Notes: generated from the sequence alone by a model not told the origin. DNA of 64,000 bases from an uncultured Pseudomonadota bacterium (GCA_949295995.1 CASFNK010000063.1:73-64072), one strand, 5' to 3'; shown: positions 1 through 8,818, counted from the first letter of the stretch. Program-made: numbers and translations.

Positions 1-36
1 TCGCTGGCACAATTAGGGTTACACCCGTTAAAGAAG

Positions 37-69
37 AACCACCGGCTAGGCCGGTGGGTTTCTTTTTTT
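37..69. terminator. Intrinsic terminator hairpin usable from both strands, just beyond the trpS stop
   Basis: Stem AACCACCGGC/GCCGGTGGGTT with a short loop. It is followed by TCTTTTTTT on the + strand and a T-rich tract on the - strand. Confidence 0.6.
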
Positions 70-83
70 GAAAAGAAAGGCAA

Positions 84-1139
84 TTAGAGCAAAGAGCTCT
101 TACCAAAGTAGTCAATGCCCATAGCAGCTTTTACATCGTGCAATGTCTGAGATGCAACTTCACGCGCGCTTTCACTGCCTTTTTTGAGTTGAGCAAAAAT
201 TTCGCCGATATCTTGAGCCAATTCTTCACGCCTTTCACGGATAGGTTTGAGCTCATTTTGCAAAATTTCGTTCAAGAACTTTTTAACCGTTCCATCTCCC
301 AAACCACCTCTTTGGTAATGTGCCTTGAGTTCATCCAAATTTTGATAAGCCGGTAAAAAGGCTTGGAAATGTTCATCTTTGCAAAAAGCATCTAGGTAGG
401 TAAATACCGGATTATTTTCTGTATGACCAGGGTCTTCCACATGTAAGTGCGTTGGGTCGGTAAACATACTTTGAACTTTTTTCTTAATATCATTAGCACT
501 GTCAGCCAAATAGATACAGTTTCCTAAAGATTTGCTCATTTTGGCGGCACCGTCCAATCCCGGTAAACGAGAACATAAGCTGTTTTCAGGCAAAACAGCG
601 GTGGGCTCGACCAAAACTTCTTTATACAAAGTGTTAAATGAGCGTACAATCTCTCTGGTTTGCTCAATCATAGGCAACTGGTCTTCCCCGACGGGAACGA
701 GATTTGCCCTAAAAGCAGTAATATCGGCGGCTTGACTAATAGGATAGGTGAAAAATCCGACCGGAATGCTTTGCTTAAATCCTCTGAGTTGAATTTCATT
801 TTTAACGGTAGGATTTCTTTGCAATCTGGAAACGGTTACCAAATTCATATAATAAAAAGACAATTCGCAAAGTTCGGGAATTTGCGATTGAATGAAGATG
901 GTTGTCTTCTTAGGGTCTAATCCGCAAGCCATATAATCCAAGGCAACTTCTGAGATGTTGTTGCGAACCTTGTTGATGTCGTCGGCATTATCGGTCAAAG
1001 CCTGAGCATCGGCAATCATCACAAAAATAGTTGGATATTTTCCGCTGTTTTGCATTTCCACGCGGCGTTTGAGTGAGCCGACATAATGCCCCAAGTGCAA
1101 TCTTCCGGTAGGTCTGTCTCCGGTCAAGATAACATCCAT
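84..1139 (-). CDS. trpS: Tryptophan--tRNA ligase
   Basis: 351-aa ORF with class I aaRS signatures HLGH ([11 protein letters not shown]) and KMSKS ([10 protein letters not shown]). Length and layout are typical of TrpS. Confidence 0.95.
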   Translation of the reverse strand: MDVILTGDRPTGRLHLGHYVGSLKRRVEMQNSGKYPTIFVMIADAQALTDNADDINKVRNNISEVALDYMACGLDPKKTTIFIQSQIPELCELSFYYMNLVTVSRLQRNPTVKNEIQLRGFKQSIPVGFFTYPISQAADITAFRANLVPVGEDQLPMIEQTREIVRSFNTLYKEVLVEPTAVLPENSLCSRLPGLDGAAKMSKSLGNCIYLADSANDIKKKVQSMFTDPTHLHVEDPGHTENNPVFTYLDAFCKDEHFQAFLPAYQNLDELKAHYQRGGLGDGTVKKFLNEILQNELKPIRERREELAQDIGEIFAQLKKGSESAREVASQTLHDVKAAMGIDYFGKSSLL

Positions 1140-1260
1140 TTTCTTCTAATCCTTTCTATCAATAAAATTTTTTATAAAATTGCTTAGCAACAAAATATAT
1201 AAAAAAACGCAAGTTTGCAAATCAAATTTCGTAATTATTCTTTAGTCTGATAAAAAAATC

Positions 1261-1439
1261 TTTACAAATAAGAATAAATCGGTAATATCATAACAGTTTT
1301 CAAAACAGAGTAGTGGTAAATGACCAATTTAAATTTGACATCATTGCGTTTACGCAGACTTACATTGCGACGATGACTTATCCGTGAAGTACAGGTTAAG
1401 TTAGTCGCAAGGTTTGAGTTTTTCTCAAATCTTTTTTTT
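1261..1439 (+). promoter_or_regulatory. Candidate promoter plus ~145-nt leader (or small RNA) ending in an intrinsic terminator, upstream of the GNAT gene
   Basis: TTTACA (1261-1266), 16-nt spacer, TAATAT (1283-1288). A 10-bp stem AAGGTTTGAG/CTCAAATCTT (1409-1433) is followed by T6. An 18-codon Leu/Arg-rich mini-ORF (1320-1376, MTNLNLTSLRLRRLTLRR) lies inside. Confidence 0.35.
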
Positions 1440-1471
1440 ATGTTAAAGATAAGTCAAAGCAGAGGAATACA

Positions 1472-2245
1472 ATGAACAAAAAAACATTAACGGTCAAAAA
1501 ATTAGACATCAGCTACTTAGCAGATGTTATGCACTTGCAAGAAAAAATCATCCAAGGTCTTCACCCTGATGAACAGCACTTTATCTTGCACAGAACAGCC
1601 GAAGATTATATGAAATATTTAGACGGCCAAAGTGACAATATGCTTGGTGTTTTTGATGAAGACAAGCTGATTGCGCAAACAGTTTTCAAACTTCCGCAAA
1701 ATGACGAAAAACGGGATATGCCGGAATTCAAATCCGAAAAAGAAAATAAAGATTTGGTGATATATGAAGCCATCTTGGTTGACCCGGCTTATCGGGGTGC
1801 GAGCTTGATGAAAAGAATGTTGGAATATATTGAAGCTCACGCCATTGACCAAGGCAGAACTCATGCCATCATTCAAATTGCGGTTGATAATCCGGCAAGT
1901 TGGATTAATGCTCTGCACTATGGTATGTCCATCACTAAAGTTGACCTCGATCCGGAAGATAACGCTAAAGTGATTTATCTGGAAAAAGCCATTAGCCACA
2001 AACCAAATTCAGCCATTCGGCCGGCAAATAACAATGCCGATGTTTACAGTATGTATTTAGGGGACAATATCCATACCAAGATTCCGACATTGTTCAGCAA
2101 AATGCAATATCTGATTCAAAGTGGTTATAAAGGCACATCTCTAAACAAAGAGACCAAGAGCCTGATATGGGAAAAGCCCTCTGCTCACCGGACAAAATCG
2201 CTTGATTTCGCTTGGTTTGCTAACAAAAAGGTCAGCTCCTTATAA
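1472..2245 (+). CDS. GNAT-family N-acetyltransferase with a C-terminal extension
   Basis: 257-aa ORF. The segment VIYEAILVDPAYRGASLMKRMLEYIE resembles the acetyl-CoA-binding motif A region of GNAT enzymes. RBS AGAGGA precedes the ATG. Confidence 0.65.
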   Translation: MNKKTLTVKKLDISYLADVMHLQEKIIQGLHPDEQHFILHRTAEDYMKYLDGQSDNMLGVFDEDKLIAQTVFKLPQNDEKRDMPEFKSEKENKDLVIYEAILVDPAYRGASLMKRMLEYIEAHAIDQGRTHAIIQIAVDNPASWINALHYGMSITKVDLDPEDNAKVIYLEKAISHKPNSAIRPANNNADVYSMYLGDNIHTKIPTLFSKMQYLIQSGYKGTSLNKETKSLIWEKPSAHRTKSLDFAWFANKKVSSL

Positions 2246-2333
2246 AAAATATCCTTGCATCTTTGGAAAAGCAATATAATATAAGGCCAATTTTATATTA
2301 TATATTTTATTATTAACTAAAAACCAATGCTGT

Positions 2334-2810
2334 ATGAACACGGAAAAATTAAAAAGAACTCGTGCAGCTCTTGAGCGTGCAATGAGTAGAATTGATGAGG
2401 AAATCAAATGGAGCAAACAATTTAAGCATATGGATGACATTCCGATAGTGCTTATCTTGGTAGGTTTTGTACTTTCACTTTTTGATTTATATCCGAGGCT
2501 AATAGCAATACTTTGTATTATCGCTGGCCTTATTGTAATTCCGGTAAAAGTCTATATGCTGAAAAAGGCCTTACAGGTGAGTGAACCATGCTTAAAAAAA
2601 CGTTTGGTGGTAAGTTCTATTAAAGATTTATTTTGGGGAGCTGCAATCGTGCTTCCTTTCGCTATTGTTCTTATTGCCGCTATTGCATTTCCTAACCTGA
2701 AAACATTACCTGAGCCTCTTTGTATGGCATGTATTTTAATAGCTGTGGCATTTCTGGCCGCAACCTTCATTACAATCGGGTATGAGGTTGTCTTGCTATT
2801 TAAAAAGTAA
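2334..2810 (+). CDS. Hypothetical integral membrane protein
   Basis: 158-aa ORF with about four long hydrophobic segments after a charged N-terminus. It is followed by a terminator. Confidence 0.55.
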   Translation: MNTEKLKRTRAALERAMSRIDEEIKWSKQFKHMDDIPIVLILVGFVLSLFDLYPRLIAILCIIAGLIVIPVKVYMLKKALQVSEPCLKKRLVVSSIKDLFWGAAIVLPFAIVLIAAIAFPNLKTLPEPLCMACILIAVAFLAATFITIGYEVVLLFKK

Positions 2811-2813
2811 ATT

Positions 2814-2855
2814 AAAAAAGCCTGAAGACATTGCTGTCCTCAGGCTTTTGTTTTT
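2814..2855. terminator. Bidirectional intrinsic terminator between convergent genes
   Basis: A-run, stem GCCTGA...TCAGGC (2820-2845), then TTTTGTTTTT. Confidence 0.7.
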
Positions 2856-3696
2856 ACTCTCCCAGATAATACCACTCAGTATTGATTGGAGCATTTAAGT
2901 TAGGCAGCAAAATAAAGCCATCTTCCGGCGCTACTAAAATCTCACCATCATCATAAATTGCGATGTGTTCACCTTTCTTGATTGGGTCGAGATGCTTATA
3001 ATTTTTGCAAAGTTTTCCTTCCTTTGTCTTTAAGACATAACTTTTGAGCTTAATGTGCGTTTTCTTCTTTGCCTCAGGGTGAGGGACATCAATCATGTCA
3101 AATGCCGCTAAGGTAGAAAGGATTGCTTGGTAAGCAATTTCAATCGCTTTGGGCTCTTTGTGGTAGCCACATTCCAAAGTAGTTGCTGTATTTGAGCAAA
3201 CATGAGCATATTGCTCGGTAGAGCAATCTTGAATGGTTGTATCTTGGCTGTAAATTTCGGGCCAACCTTCTAACACAAAATCGACATCTAAGGCAGAGAT
3301 AAGTTTTTGATTATATTCATCAGGATAATCGCAAAAAGCAAACGGCACATCTCCGATACAGTGCGTTGAGTGCAAATCCAAAGTCAAGCGATGAGATTGT
3401 ATAAGTTCGCAAATCTCATTGGCGAGACCTTGTTCGTATGTTTGAGGGGTAGGGTGGGGCACAATCACCCGATTTAAGTTTTCCTCAATACAACGCACAT
3501 CTTTTTTATAGGCCTTAGGGTTGCAAATCGGCACTAAGGTTAAAGAACCTTGCGTTAGCTTGAGTTGACCAGATTGAAATTCTTGAATAACGCGGCGGCA
3601 AGCATTCACCCCTGCGGTTTCATTTCCGTGAACGGCAGCCAAAACCAAAAGACCAAGTCCGTCTTTTTTTCCTTTAAATTCAAATTTATCAAGCAT
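2854..3696 (-). CDS. Succinylglutamate desuccinylase/aspartoacylase-family zinc hydrolase
   Basis: 280-aa ORF. The N-terminal AAVHGNETAG (H-x-x-E zinc site) and later LDLHSTH are typical of the AstE/AspA carboxypeptidase-like family. Confidence 0.75.
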   Translation of the reverse strand: MLDKFEFKGKKDGLGLLVLAAVHGNETAGVNACRRVIQEFQSGQLKLTQGSLTLVPICNPKAYKKDVRCIEENLNRVIVPHPTPQTYEQGLANEICELIQSHRLTLDLHSTHCIGDVPFAFCDYPDEYNQKLISALDVDFVLEGWPEIYSQDTTIQDCSTEQYAHVCSNTATTLECGYHKEPKAIEIAYQAILSTLAAFDMIDVPHPEAKKKTHIKLKSYVLKTKEGKLCKNYKHLDPIKKGEHIAIYDDGEILVAPEDGFILLPNLNAPINTEWYYLGE

Positions 3697-3723
3697 AAAC
3701 TTTCCTTGAATAAAATATCAGGT

Positions 3724-3888
3724 TTAGAAATTAGCTTCTTTTACGGCTTTATCCGTTGCAAAGTCGGAAGTTCTTTGCACGGTATTGTTAAATGAGGTCA
3801 TAACACTGTCAAAATAATGGTTATCGTAAAGCCATTTTCCGCCATAAGCCAAAGCCGCCAAAATCACGAGAATCACAAAACCTTTCAT
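3724..3888 (-). CDS. Small membrane/secreted protein (54 aa), below the ORF-track length cut-off
   Basis: Hand translation: MKGFVILVILAALAYGGKWLYDNHYFDSVMTSFNNTVQRTSDFATDKAVKEANF. Strong RBS (AAGGAGG, 7 nt upstream) and a hydrophobic N-terminus. Confidence 0.55.
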   Translation of the reverse strand: MKGFVILVILAALAYGGKWLYDNHYFDSVMTSFNNTVQRTSDFATDKAVKEANF

Positions 3889-4006
3889 AATAAACCTCCT
3901 TATTTTTACTCAATCATAATACAGAAGAATAAAAAAGGCGAGATAAAAAAATATTTTGAAAAATAAAAAAGAAAAAGACAAAATTTTTTTGTTTTGAAAA
4001 TAAATA

Positions 4007-4035
4007 TTGACAAGATAGTATGAATCTGGTATTCT
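4007..4035 (+). promoter_or_regulatory. Candidate sigma70-type promoter upstream of the FHA mini-protein gene
   Basis: TTGACA (4007-4012), 17-nt spacer, TATTCT (4030-4035), in a very AT-rich intergenic region. Confidence 0.4.
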
Positions 4036-4179
4036 AAAATCAGTATTTTAGGATTATGTTTTTATTATTCTGTGTTTTTTGTAATTTTGAATTAAGAGAA
4101 ATCTTTATTTAAAATCTTGCACGAATAATTAACATATTTTGAAAAGAAAAAATAATGTTTCACTATAAAATTCAAAATT

Positions 4180-4500
4180 ATGACAACTCAAGAATTATTA
4201 AACAAGGTAAAGAACAATGGACGTAGTTTACAACTGATTTATGTAGGTACAGGCTTACCAATCATCGGTCTGTCTCCAAAGTGTGATATTGGTGAATTGA
4301 TGAGCATAAACTTACAGGCTTTTTCTTATCGTTTATATTCGCTAAAAGATGGTGAAGCCTTTGTCATTGGACGAGATGAAAGTTGTGATTTCGTCTTATC
4401 GGAAGATATACGGTTCTCAAGGTTTCATTGTATGATAACCCTTGTAGGCAAGAATTATTATATTTATGACTGTTCTTTATGCGGAACAATCATAAAATAA
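4180..4500 (+). CDS. Stand-alone FHA-domain protein
   Basis: 106-aa ORF. AFVIGRDESCDFVLSEDIRFSRFHCMI...YYIYDCSLCGT fits the FHA core pattern (G-R ... S-R-x-H ... D-x-S-x-N-G-T-like). Confidence 0.65.
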   Translation: MTTQELLNKVKNNGRSLQLIYVGTGLPIIGLSPKCDIGELMSINLQAFSYRLYSLKDGEAFVIGRDESCDFVLSEDIRFSRFHCMITLVGKNYYIYDCSLCGTIIK

Positions 4501-4521
4501 AATTCCGATATCCTAAAAGAA

Positions 4522-4555
4522 AGAGCTCAATCTCATCAGAGATTGAGCTCTTTTT
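4522..4555 (+). terminator. Intrinsic terminator after the FHA gene
   Basis: 13-bp stem AGAGCTCAATCTC/GAGATTGAGCTCT, 4-nt loop, T5. Confidence 0.8.
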
Positions 4556-4641
4556 GAGTAAGTTTTTTATTTACAAAAACAAAATTTTATGCCAAATTAG
4601 CGTTCATAACAAATATTATTAACCTCAAAAATATACTAAGT

Positions 4642-5631
4642 ATGAATATTTTTATGGAAAAAAAGAGCTGTTTGGTTAAAAAGATTAAGCAAACAGACAA
4701 TGGTTGGAATTTATATCCTATTGATGAGGAAGAAAAGCCTATCTTCATCAGTCGCGAAAATTATTCAGGTGATATGCCGCCGTTTTTCAAATGGCCGTGG
4801 CAAAAGGTCAGGTTGGAAGTTATCCAAATAGACGATTTCCAAGTCTCAGCCTCAATAGATGGTATTAAGCTGTTTGAAATTCAGGAGAAAGATTTTCCCG
4901 AAGAAATCAAAAAAAGACTGAGCTATGGAGAACAACTGCAAAAAGACTATGAAGAAAAACAGAACAAGGCCAATGAAGCTATCCTCAAAGCATTGAACGA
5001 ATATTTGCAAACATGGCCACAAAACCCGCATTTGGAAAGTCAAATTTCCGAGCTTAAAATCTGTTTTCGCCCTTATCTTCAACTTCATCTTTTTAAGGGA
5101 CCAAACGCGCCGGAGTATGTCCAAAAAGTGAATCTAATGGCAAAACTTTGTGAAATGGCGCAAAGAATTTATTATCGCCATTTTGATGAAAAAAGCCTAC
5201 TTGGTACAGCGTCCGCATATTGGAAATATGGCATGCCGGTATTTGGAGAGCCATTCCCTCATTATACTTTACGGGCAGAAGAAATAGAACAAGCCGTAAA
5301 TGATCAGAGCAAAACAGATATAACTTTGGAGGAGTATTATGAAGCCGATAGGCTTCTAACAGAAGTTCTTCCACCGATAGAAGATGAGTTGTTGAAACGC
5401 TACCTCAATTATACGGTGAGGGACGTTTTGCGGTATTATGCCAAAGACTTGAACGAATTGAGCTCTCATTATTTAACTGATGCTTGGGATAAGCGAATTT
5501 GCACGGATGAACGCGAATATCAACGCCAATTTGAAAGAATGAAGTTATTGAAATATCATTCGCTGATTTTACCCGAACAATTTTCCGACCAAACAATCAA
5601 AAACTTTATTGGCAGTTATACGCTAAAGTAA
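4642..5631 (+). CDS. Hypothetical protein (329 aa), no family recognised
   Basis: Long uninterrupted ORF with a terminator downstream. Possible start at the second ATG (MEKKS). Confidence 0.55.
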   Translation: MNIFMEKKSCLVKKIKQTDNGWNLYPIDEEEKPIFISRENYSGDMPPFFKWPWQKVRLEVIQIDDFQVSASIDGIKLFEIQEKDFPEEIKKRLSYGEQLQKDYEEKQNKANEAILKALNEYLQTWPQNPHLESQISELKICFRPYLQLHLFKGPNAPEYVQKVNLMAKLCEMAQRIYYRHFDEKSLLGTASAYWKYGMPVFGEPFPHYTLRAEEIEQAVNDQSKTDITLEEYYEADRLLTEVLPPIEDELLKRYLNYTVRDVLRYYAKDLNELSSHYLTDAWDKRICTDEREYQRQFERMKLLKYHSLILPEQFSDQTIKNFIGSYTLK

Positions 5632-5641
5632 TTGTCATTAC

Positions 5642-5676
5642 CAAAACCCCAAATCTTGTATGGATTTGGGGTTTTG
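5642..5676 (+). terminator. Hairpin terminator after ORF 4642..5631
   Basis: 14-bp stem CAAAACCCCAAATC/GATTTGGGGTTTTG. Confidence 0.65.
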
Positions 5677-5703
5677 CTTATCTTGTATGATTAAATGTAA
5701 AAA

Positions 5704-5746
5704 GGTGCGAAGGGGTGGATTCGAACCACCCTTGGTTCCTCCAGGG
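5704..5746 (-). pseudogene. Isolated tRNA 3'-half (T-arm plus acceptor 3' strand, tRNA-Leu-like); no intact 5' half
   Basis: The minus strand reads GGTGG-TTCGAAT-CCACC-CCTTCGC-A-CC. That is a T stem-loop, a 7-nt acceptor strand, discriminator A and a partial CCA. Upstream sequence cannot be folded into D and anticodon arms. Confidence 0.5.
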
Positions 5747-6015
5747 ATATTAAAATACCATTTCACTCTATTTGCCTACAGCCTAACATCATTTACACCA
5801 TGTCTTCGCAGGAACCACGATGTTAAGATTGCATAAAATTCAGCTTCCATATATATTCCTCCAAAAATAAAAATATTTTCAAAGTTAATAAATAATGTTA
5901 AGCTGAAAGCAAACTCGATATGAAAAGATATAAAAATATTTAGCCCCAAACGCTCTATTCCAATAGCATGTATTACTATTTTTGAAAAATTCAATACTTG
6001 TAAAAAAATTTAGAA

Positions 6016-6056
6016 GGAAACAAAAGAAAAAGCAGCCATTTTCATGGCTGCCTTGT
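6016..6056 (-). repeat. Hairpin-terminator repeat, copy a (downstream of the methyltransferase gene)
   Basis: GGAAACAAAAGAAAAA + GCAGCCAT-TTTC-ATGGCTGC. It shares its flank with copy b and its stem-loop with copy d. Confidence 0.6.
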
Positions 6057-6110
6057 AAATGAGTAATACCGACCTCATGGTTTATGAGCAAATATTCTTT
6101 TCTCCTACGT

Positions 6111-6983
6111 TTATTTTTTCTTACAAATATAGAGTAGGTGAGCACTATATCCCTGTTGGTCAGCTCTTTCGCAAGTCAAAAAATGCCATTTTAAGAACGT
6201 TTGATACCCTTCTTCGGATAATTGCGCAAGCTGTTCTTTCATAGCATAAGCTATTCCATCTGTTGCAACATTGGTAATATACTCCGTATTTAAATTGTTA
6301 AATAATTTTTTAAAATCTTCGATATTAAAACAATTAAATATCTCTTCGGGAACATCCTTAAATCGACCAGCGTCATCCATTAGTTCTTTTAAGTTTTCAG
6401 CCTTCAGATGACACAGTCCATAACCTAACATAATTGCCGCACAAGGAATATATGCAAACATACATATTCCTCCTTTTTTTGCAACACGAATTGTTTCCTT
6501 AACAGCTTTTTCCTTATCTTCTTGATGAAAAAGATGATACATTGGTCCCAAATTGAGAACCAAATCAAAGGATGCATCTTCAAACATACTTAAATCCAGA
6601 GCATCAGCAACCATACATCTAAAGTTACTCATTCCCTGAGATTTAGATTTCATAATCTCAACATGCTTAGGAGTCAAATCAACAGCCGTAACGTCATATC
6701 CCATTTTTGCTAAAGCAATAGAATAGCGACCAGTTGCAGCCCCAATTTCCAAAATTTTAGCTCCTGGTTTTAAGAATTTTTGAATATATCGCATGGTGGT
6801 TAAATACTCAACATTATGCCCTCTATCACTTACTAAGCGAGCATCTTCATCATATTCTGTGTATTTATTTATGATGATGTCTTTATGCTTATTTACCCCC
6901 ATGTTTTGTGTTCCTTTCAAAACTTCTTTTTGAATAATTAGATTGTTTTGCTTCATAAAATAATAATTTAAAAGGTTAGACAA
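6111..6983 (-). CDS. Class I SAM-dependent methyltransferase
   Basis: 290-aa ORF with motif I ILEIGAATGRYS and an acidic post-I residue (VTAVDL). The ATG at 6956 (MKQNN) is a plausible alternative start. Confidence 0.8.
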   Translation of the reverse strand: MSNLLNYYFMKQNNLIIQKEVLKGTQNMGVNKHKDIIINKYTEYDEDARLVSDRGHNVEYLTTMRYIQKFLKPGAKILEIGAATGRYSIALAKMGYDVTAVDLTPKHVEIMKSKSQGMSNFRCMVADALDLSMFEDASFDLVLNLGPMYHLFHQEDKEKAVKETIRVAKKGGICMFAYIPCAAIMLGYGLCHLKAENLKELMDDAGRFKDVPEEIFNCFNIEDFKKLFNNLNTEYITNVATDGIAYAMKEQLAQLSEEGYQTFLKWHFLTCERADQQGYSAHLLYICKKK

Positions 6984-7122
6984 TAATTAAATTTCCTCGT
7001 TATTATAAGGAAATAATTGCAAAAGTAAAGAAAAAGAAATGAATCATTTTTTATTTACTTTTCAAAATGAAGACTTATAATACGAGCGAAATAAATATAA
7101 TTGTATCACCTAATAAATTTTT

Positions 7123-7476
7123 ATGCGTATGAAAAATGTAAAAAAATTATTGTTCGTTTTGATGGCACCTCTATTTGTACTTGTGGTGTCAGGTGCATTG
7201 TCAATAACACATGAGTTAAATTGGCGGAGTATCATTTTCTTTATATGTGTAAGTAGCATCTTAGGAATACTTTTGGCTTATAGAAACCCTAAGAAGCTAA
7301 TAGATGCGGGGTTAGGCTGGATTTTTTCCGGTGTACTTTTTGCACTTATAGCAACAAAAGGACTGCTGGGGGGTTATACTAAATTGTTTGAAACCGTGGC
7401 ATTGGCAATATTTGCCTTTACCATGTTTTTCATTTGTATGCCCAGCATTACAAAATCACAAAAACAGAAGCCTTAA
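7123..7476 (+). CDS. Small integral membrane protein (117 aa)
   Basis: Four hydrophobic segments, with its own terminator at 7464-7492. It is the only + strand gene in the islet. Confidence 0.55.
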   Translation: MRMKNVKKLLFVLMAPLFVLVVSGALSITHELNWRSIIFFICVSSILGILLAYRNPKKLIDAGLGWIFSGVLFALIATKGLLGGYTKLFETVALAIFAFTMFFICMPSITKSQKQKP

Positions 7477-7520
7477 AAAGCTTCTGTTTTTTAGAATATA
7501 AAAGCGAATATAAGGAAAGA

Positions 7521-7560
7521 GAAACAAAAGAAAAGGCAGCTATAATATTAGCTGCCCTTT
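7521..7560 (-). repeat. Hairpin-terminator repeat, copy b
   Basis: GAAACAAAAGAAAA + GGCAGCTA-TAAT-ATTAGCTGCC. The flank is nearly identical to copy a. Confidence 0.55.
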
Positions 7561-7577
7561 ACATTAAGATATGTATA

Positions 7578-7853
7578 TTAATTTTTTGAAAATTGATTTT
7601 TCATCTGTAATTGTTTTAAATTAATTTTTTCCAGTCCTTTCTTTCCCATAGATAATCCATGCTTTTGCAAATCAAGAACATGTTGCTTCATAAAAGCTTG
7701 TTCTGAATCACCCAATTTTTCATTATTGTGTTTTTTTGTTAACAAATCCTGATAGACCATATTTTCAATAACAACTTGTCTGAGAGCAGATCTTTCTCCT
7801 CGAATTACGCGAGCACGATCAATACCGGTGTGCGCCACACCTGTAAGTTCCAT
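7578..7853 (-). CDS. Hypothetical ORF overlapping the SDR 3' end in another frame; possibly a remnant of a disrupted SDR gene
   Basis: 91-aa ORF that overlaps 7819..8493 by 35 nt in a different frame. No motif recognised. Confidence 0.3.
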   Translation of the reverse strand: MELTGVAHTGIDRARVIRGERSALRQVVIENMVYQDLLTKKHNNEKLGDSEQAFMKQHVLDLQKHGLSMGKKGLEKINLKQLQMKNQFSKN

Positions 7854-8493
7854 CTCCTTGCTGAACGAGTGGAGGGAGGATATCTTTTAAGTCAACTATA
7901 CCATTATATTGAGTATTTAATTTACCGTTTTTATCAAAAGAATAGTTAAGAGTTTGCCCTTGTGTTCCTGAATTGGTATCATTTTCAACGGTATTAACAG
8001 TTGCTAAATCATTTTGCACACATTCTCTAAAAGTTGTAATGGCATGTTTGCTGGCACAATAGACTGGACAAAATTCTTCTATAACAACAGCTGACTGCGA
8101 TGTAACGTTTATAATTTGTCCAAACTTCTGCTTTTTCATTGTTGGAACAATCAATTGAGTACAAGCAATTGTTCCAAATGTATTAACATCCAAAACATTT
8201 TTAATCTGCTCTAACGTGTTTTCCTCAATATTTCCTTGCAACCACACACCAGCACAATTTATCAAACAATCAATTGTTTCAAAATCTTTACCAATCTTTT
8301 CAAATGCATTTTTTAAGCTCTCAATATTAGTCAAATCACAATGGTAATATTGGCAACCAAATTCTTTAGCAACTTTTTCAGATTTGCAATCATCTTTTGC
8401 CAATATAATTACATTATGATTACTAGAAAACTGCTTTACTAACTCTCTTCCTAATCCGTCATTTCCACCAGTTATGATTAATGTCTTTTTCAT
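7819..8493 (-). CDS. Short-chain dehydrogenase/reductase (SDR) with a non-canonical C-terminus
   Basis: TGGNDGLG (TGxxxGxG), NCAG and YCASK (YxxxK) are present. After about residue 165 the sequence no longer resembles an SDR. Confidence 0.7.
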   Translation of the reverse strand: MKKTLIITGGNDGLGRELVKQFSSNHNVIILAKDDCKSEKVAKEFGCQYYHCDLTNIESLKNAFEKIGKDFETIDCLINCAGVWLQGNIEENTLEQIKNVLDVNTFGTIACTQLIVPTMKKQKFGQIINVTSQSAVVIEEFCPVYCASKHAITTFRECVQNDLATVNTVENDTNSGTQGQTLNYSFDKNGKLNTQYNGIVDLKDILPPLVQQGDGTYRCGAHRY

Positions 8494-8542
8494 AAAATCC
8501 TCAACTAAACGAACTTAACATTCTAGATTTTAAAAGGAAACG

Positions 8543-8617
8543 ACAAAAAATCAATAAAAAAGTTCGGACAAACCTAAAAAATGATGATTTTTGAAAAAGA
8601 AACATCCGAACACAAGA
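8543..8617 (-). repeat. 75-bp promoter-like module, copy A (upstream of the SDR gene)
   Basis: 69 of 75 nt identical to 10755-10829. It contains the inverted repeat GTTCGGA...TCCGAAC. On the - strand, TTGATT is followed by a possible -10 (TAAAAT). Confidence 0.7.
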
Positions 8618-8638
8618 AAATTCTTAATAATAAAAACA

Positions 8639-8685
8639 ACGACAGTCCTTTTCAAGACTGCCGTTTGAATTGGTGATACTAACGC
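8639..8685 (-). repeat. Hairpin-terminator repeat, copy c, with ATCACCAAT flank
   Basis: The minus strand reads GTATCACCAATTCAAAC-GGCAGTC-TTGAAAAG-GACTGTCG-TTGTTTTT. It is homologous to copy d. Confidence 0.6.
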
Positions 8686-8818
8686 AATGAATTTCGAACT
8701 TTTACTTTCTCCTGAGTATTATCTAGCAACAATGAGTTTGTATGAAGAAATTAAAAGAAATAATATTAAGCCTCTGAATTTATTACAAACATTGATAATG
8801 ACATTTCATTAAATGAGG

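Noticed and set aside
5704-5830. Possible tmRNA (including the two-piece permuted alphaproteobacterial form), because of the tRNA-like T arm and acceptor end
   Set aside because: The acceptor strand implies G3:C70, not the G3:U70 alanine identity pair. No complementary 5' acceptor strand or tag-encoding piece follows on the same strand; a terminator and the end of ORF 4642..5631 are there instead. No ANDN-type tag frame was seen.
6957-6983. N-terminal nine codons of the methyltransferase ORF as given in the track
   Set aside because: My hand translation of the displayed bases around 6957-6983 did not reproduce MSNLLNYYF; I count one extra A. I keep the track coordinates but regard ATG 6956 as the safer start. 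This could simply be my counting error.
8688-8807. Short + strand ORF (about 39 aa, MNFELLLSPEYYLATMSLYEEIKRNN...) in the SDR/immunity-gene spacer
   Set aside because: There is no RBS, it lies on the opposite strand to all neighbours, and it is very short. It is more likely chance or a gene fragment.
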